64,000 nucleotides of DNA from Cetorhinus maximus. Its lineage: Eukaryota. The notes beneath the pieces are model-generated. The model had not been told where the DNA came from. It searched no databases and saw only the letters and a program-made list of their open reading frames with translations. Positions 62,251 to 64,000 of this stretch are shown piece by piece. The position numbers and the translations under genes are program-made. The number at the start of each line of letters is the position of its first letter. Positions within the stretch are counted from its first letter, which is position 1. The DNA lies in NCBI RefSeq assembly GCF_964194155.1, contig NC_135881.1:142166001-142230000 (forward strand). The letters run 5' to 3'.

Positions 62251-64000
62251 CCAGCTCCCAGGATTCCCACAGCACTTCATATTTCCAGAAGCCAAGCAAA
62301 GCAGATACAAGCTGCACCTAACAACTATTGAGTAGGAGAGGGAAAATCCGATGCATAAAGCTATTTACCGAGGAAGCAATGGTTCACAATATGCCCCCAC
62401 AAAATCATGCGCACGAAACTTGCTGCATTTAATATTGGCAGCAATGGATTTTTATCCCAGTGAATGGGCGAATTAATTAATTTTCACTTGAACTCCTGCT
62501 TTCTATTGGTGAGTTAGATACTTTATTTTGCGCTAATTGTGGGTAAATTTATTCTGCACGACAATGACTAATTCAAATCAATTATCAAAATAAAATTACA
62601 GCAGTTTAGATACCCAGCTTCTGGAATTGTCATAAATAATTTTTTTCCCCCAAATCCGACATTTCAGTGTAACAGCTTGGACCACATATGAATGTTAAGA
62701 TTTTCTGACAGGTCAATTTGAATTTTTGCTGGATGTTATCTGGCAAAAGATAAACAGGGACTGTATAATGCAAAAGTAAAAGTATACTGCAGACGCTGGA
62801 AATCTGAAATAAATACAGAAAATGCCGGAGATAGTCAGCAGGTCAGGCAGTAGGCAGGCATTGTATAATGCATGGCACAATTCTGAAGTCATTGGCACTA
62901 TCTATCACTGTTCACAAGAACAAAATCAATCAGTCAGTGCCACAGGGAGCATCTCTGCTCAAAGGAAAACTTCTTTTGACAAACGCTTGGATGTTTTGAC
63001 AATTTGGAAACGTGATCTACAAGTTATTTCACTTTTGAGAAAATAGATGGATTTTATGTAGATTTTTCTCACCTGCATGGAAACATTGCACATACATCAT
63101 AACCAAACAGTGAACAGACAAATTCAATCCAATTATTCCCCACCCATTTCCCTTGAACAACCATTAAAGCAGATGGTAATTGATGAGTGATTGGCATTTG
63201 TTATTAGAGTGGGGACAATGCCAGCCCAGCATTTTAGAGCCAGGACAAGTGGTGTCTCTGACACCCTGCCGCTGGGCTGCCTGCTGCAAGGACAGAAATG
63301 CCTTTATGTCAGTGACTGAGAGAATTAAATGAAGAGATGCTCCTATGGTTTCCAGTACTGGAGAAACCTCCACTGTTTCAACTCTGAGCCAAAACATCTC
63401 TCTGATTGCAGGGTCTGAATCAGGTAAAGCAGTCATCCTTTAGTACCTGCATGCCACAGAAGGTGAAATGCAGCACATCTTACCTATATGATCTGTAGAT
63501 GAACTGTGTATTTTCCCTTTACATTCATATAGAGGCTTCTGTACATGGAGCTCCTGAAATGTTGAGATAATTGTGAATTTAACAGCATCTTCCACTCCTA
63601 TCACTAAGCTGCCGTGACTTTACTGGGAAATAAAAGTAACTGTTGAAGGAATAGTACAGCAACACAAAACAAATGTTTTTAAATCAGATATCTGTTCAGT
63701 ATGAAAACAGAAACCTAATTTAGAAATAAGTCAATGCTAGTAGAAAAAGCTAAACAGTTCACTGAATACAAAAGGTTTTTTTTAAACAAATAATCTGCAG
63801 GATAAATAATCAGACTGAATTGTCCAGATCCCATTAAAATAACCAATTTACACTCCAATTTTTCAAAAGAATCTTTTAAGATGTGTTTGTCTTTATCTAT
63901 TGCTTATACAAACAAGGCTTTATTCTGAATGAATAACACAAGAAAAAAAATCAGAAGTTAACATTTTGAGCTTACATAGGCAGGTATACATCTGCAGTTT

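Overview
Vertebrate genomic DNA, most likely a cartilaginous fish (inferred from shark-type CR1/HER1 LINE tails, Deu-domain SINEs and RARB divergence). The window covers the 5' half of the retinoic acid receptor beta gene (RARB) on the minus strand. It contains the RARbeta2 (P2) promoter with TATA box, two DR5 RAREs and a CRE-like site (~62170-62250). It also contains the RARbeta2 first exon (uORF-rich leader, CDS 61626-61470), a 31.4 kb intron, and the 149-bp B-region/first zinc-finger exon (30079-29931). The next exon (GFFRRS...) was not found, so it probably lies left of the window. The introns hold two decayed PIF/Harbinger transposons (Myb/SANT gene plus HARBI1-like transposase), many Harbinger-type MITEs with 3-bp TSDs (often deeply nested), CR1/L2 LINE fragments, SINEs and a hAT MITE. 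The most notable observations are a chained uORF array in the RARbeta2 leader and a perfect intronic DR5 RARE with MEIS-type sites. Also notable are a MITE family with three internal palindromes showing compensatory changes, and a MITE that captured about 190 bp of neighbouring host DNA. No prokaryotic-type system is present, and almost all ORF-track entries are spurious. Comparisons to human/mouse sequences are from memory and need checking by alignment.
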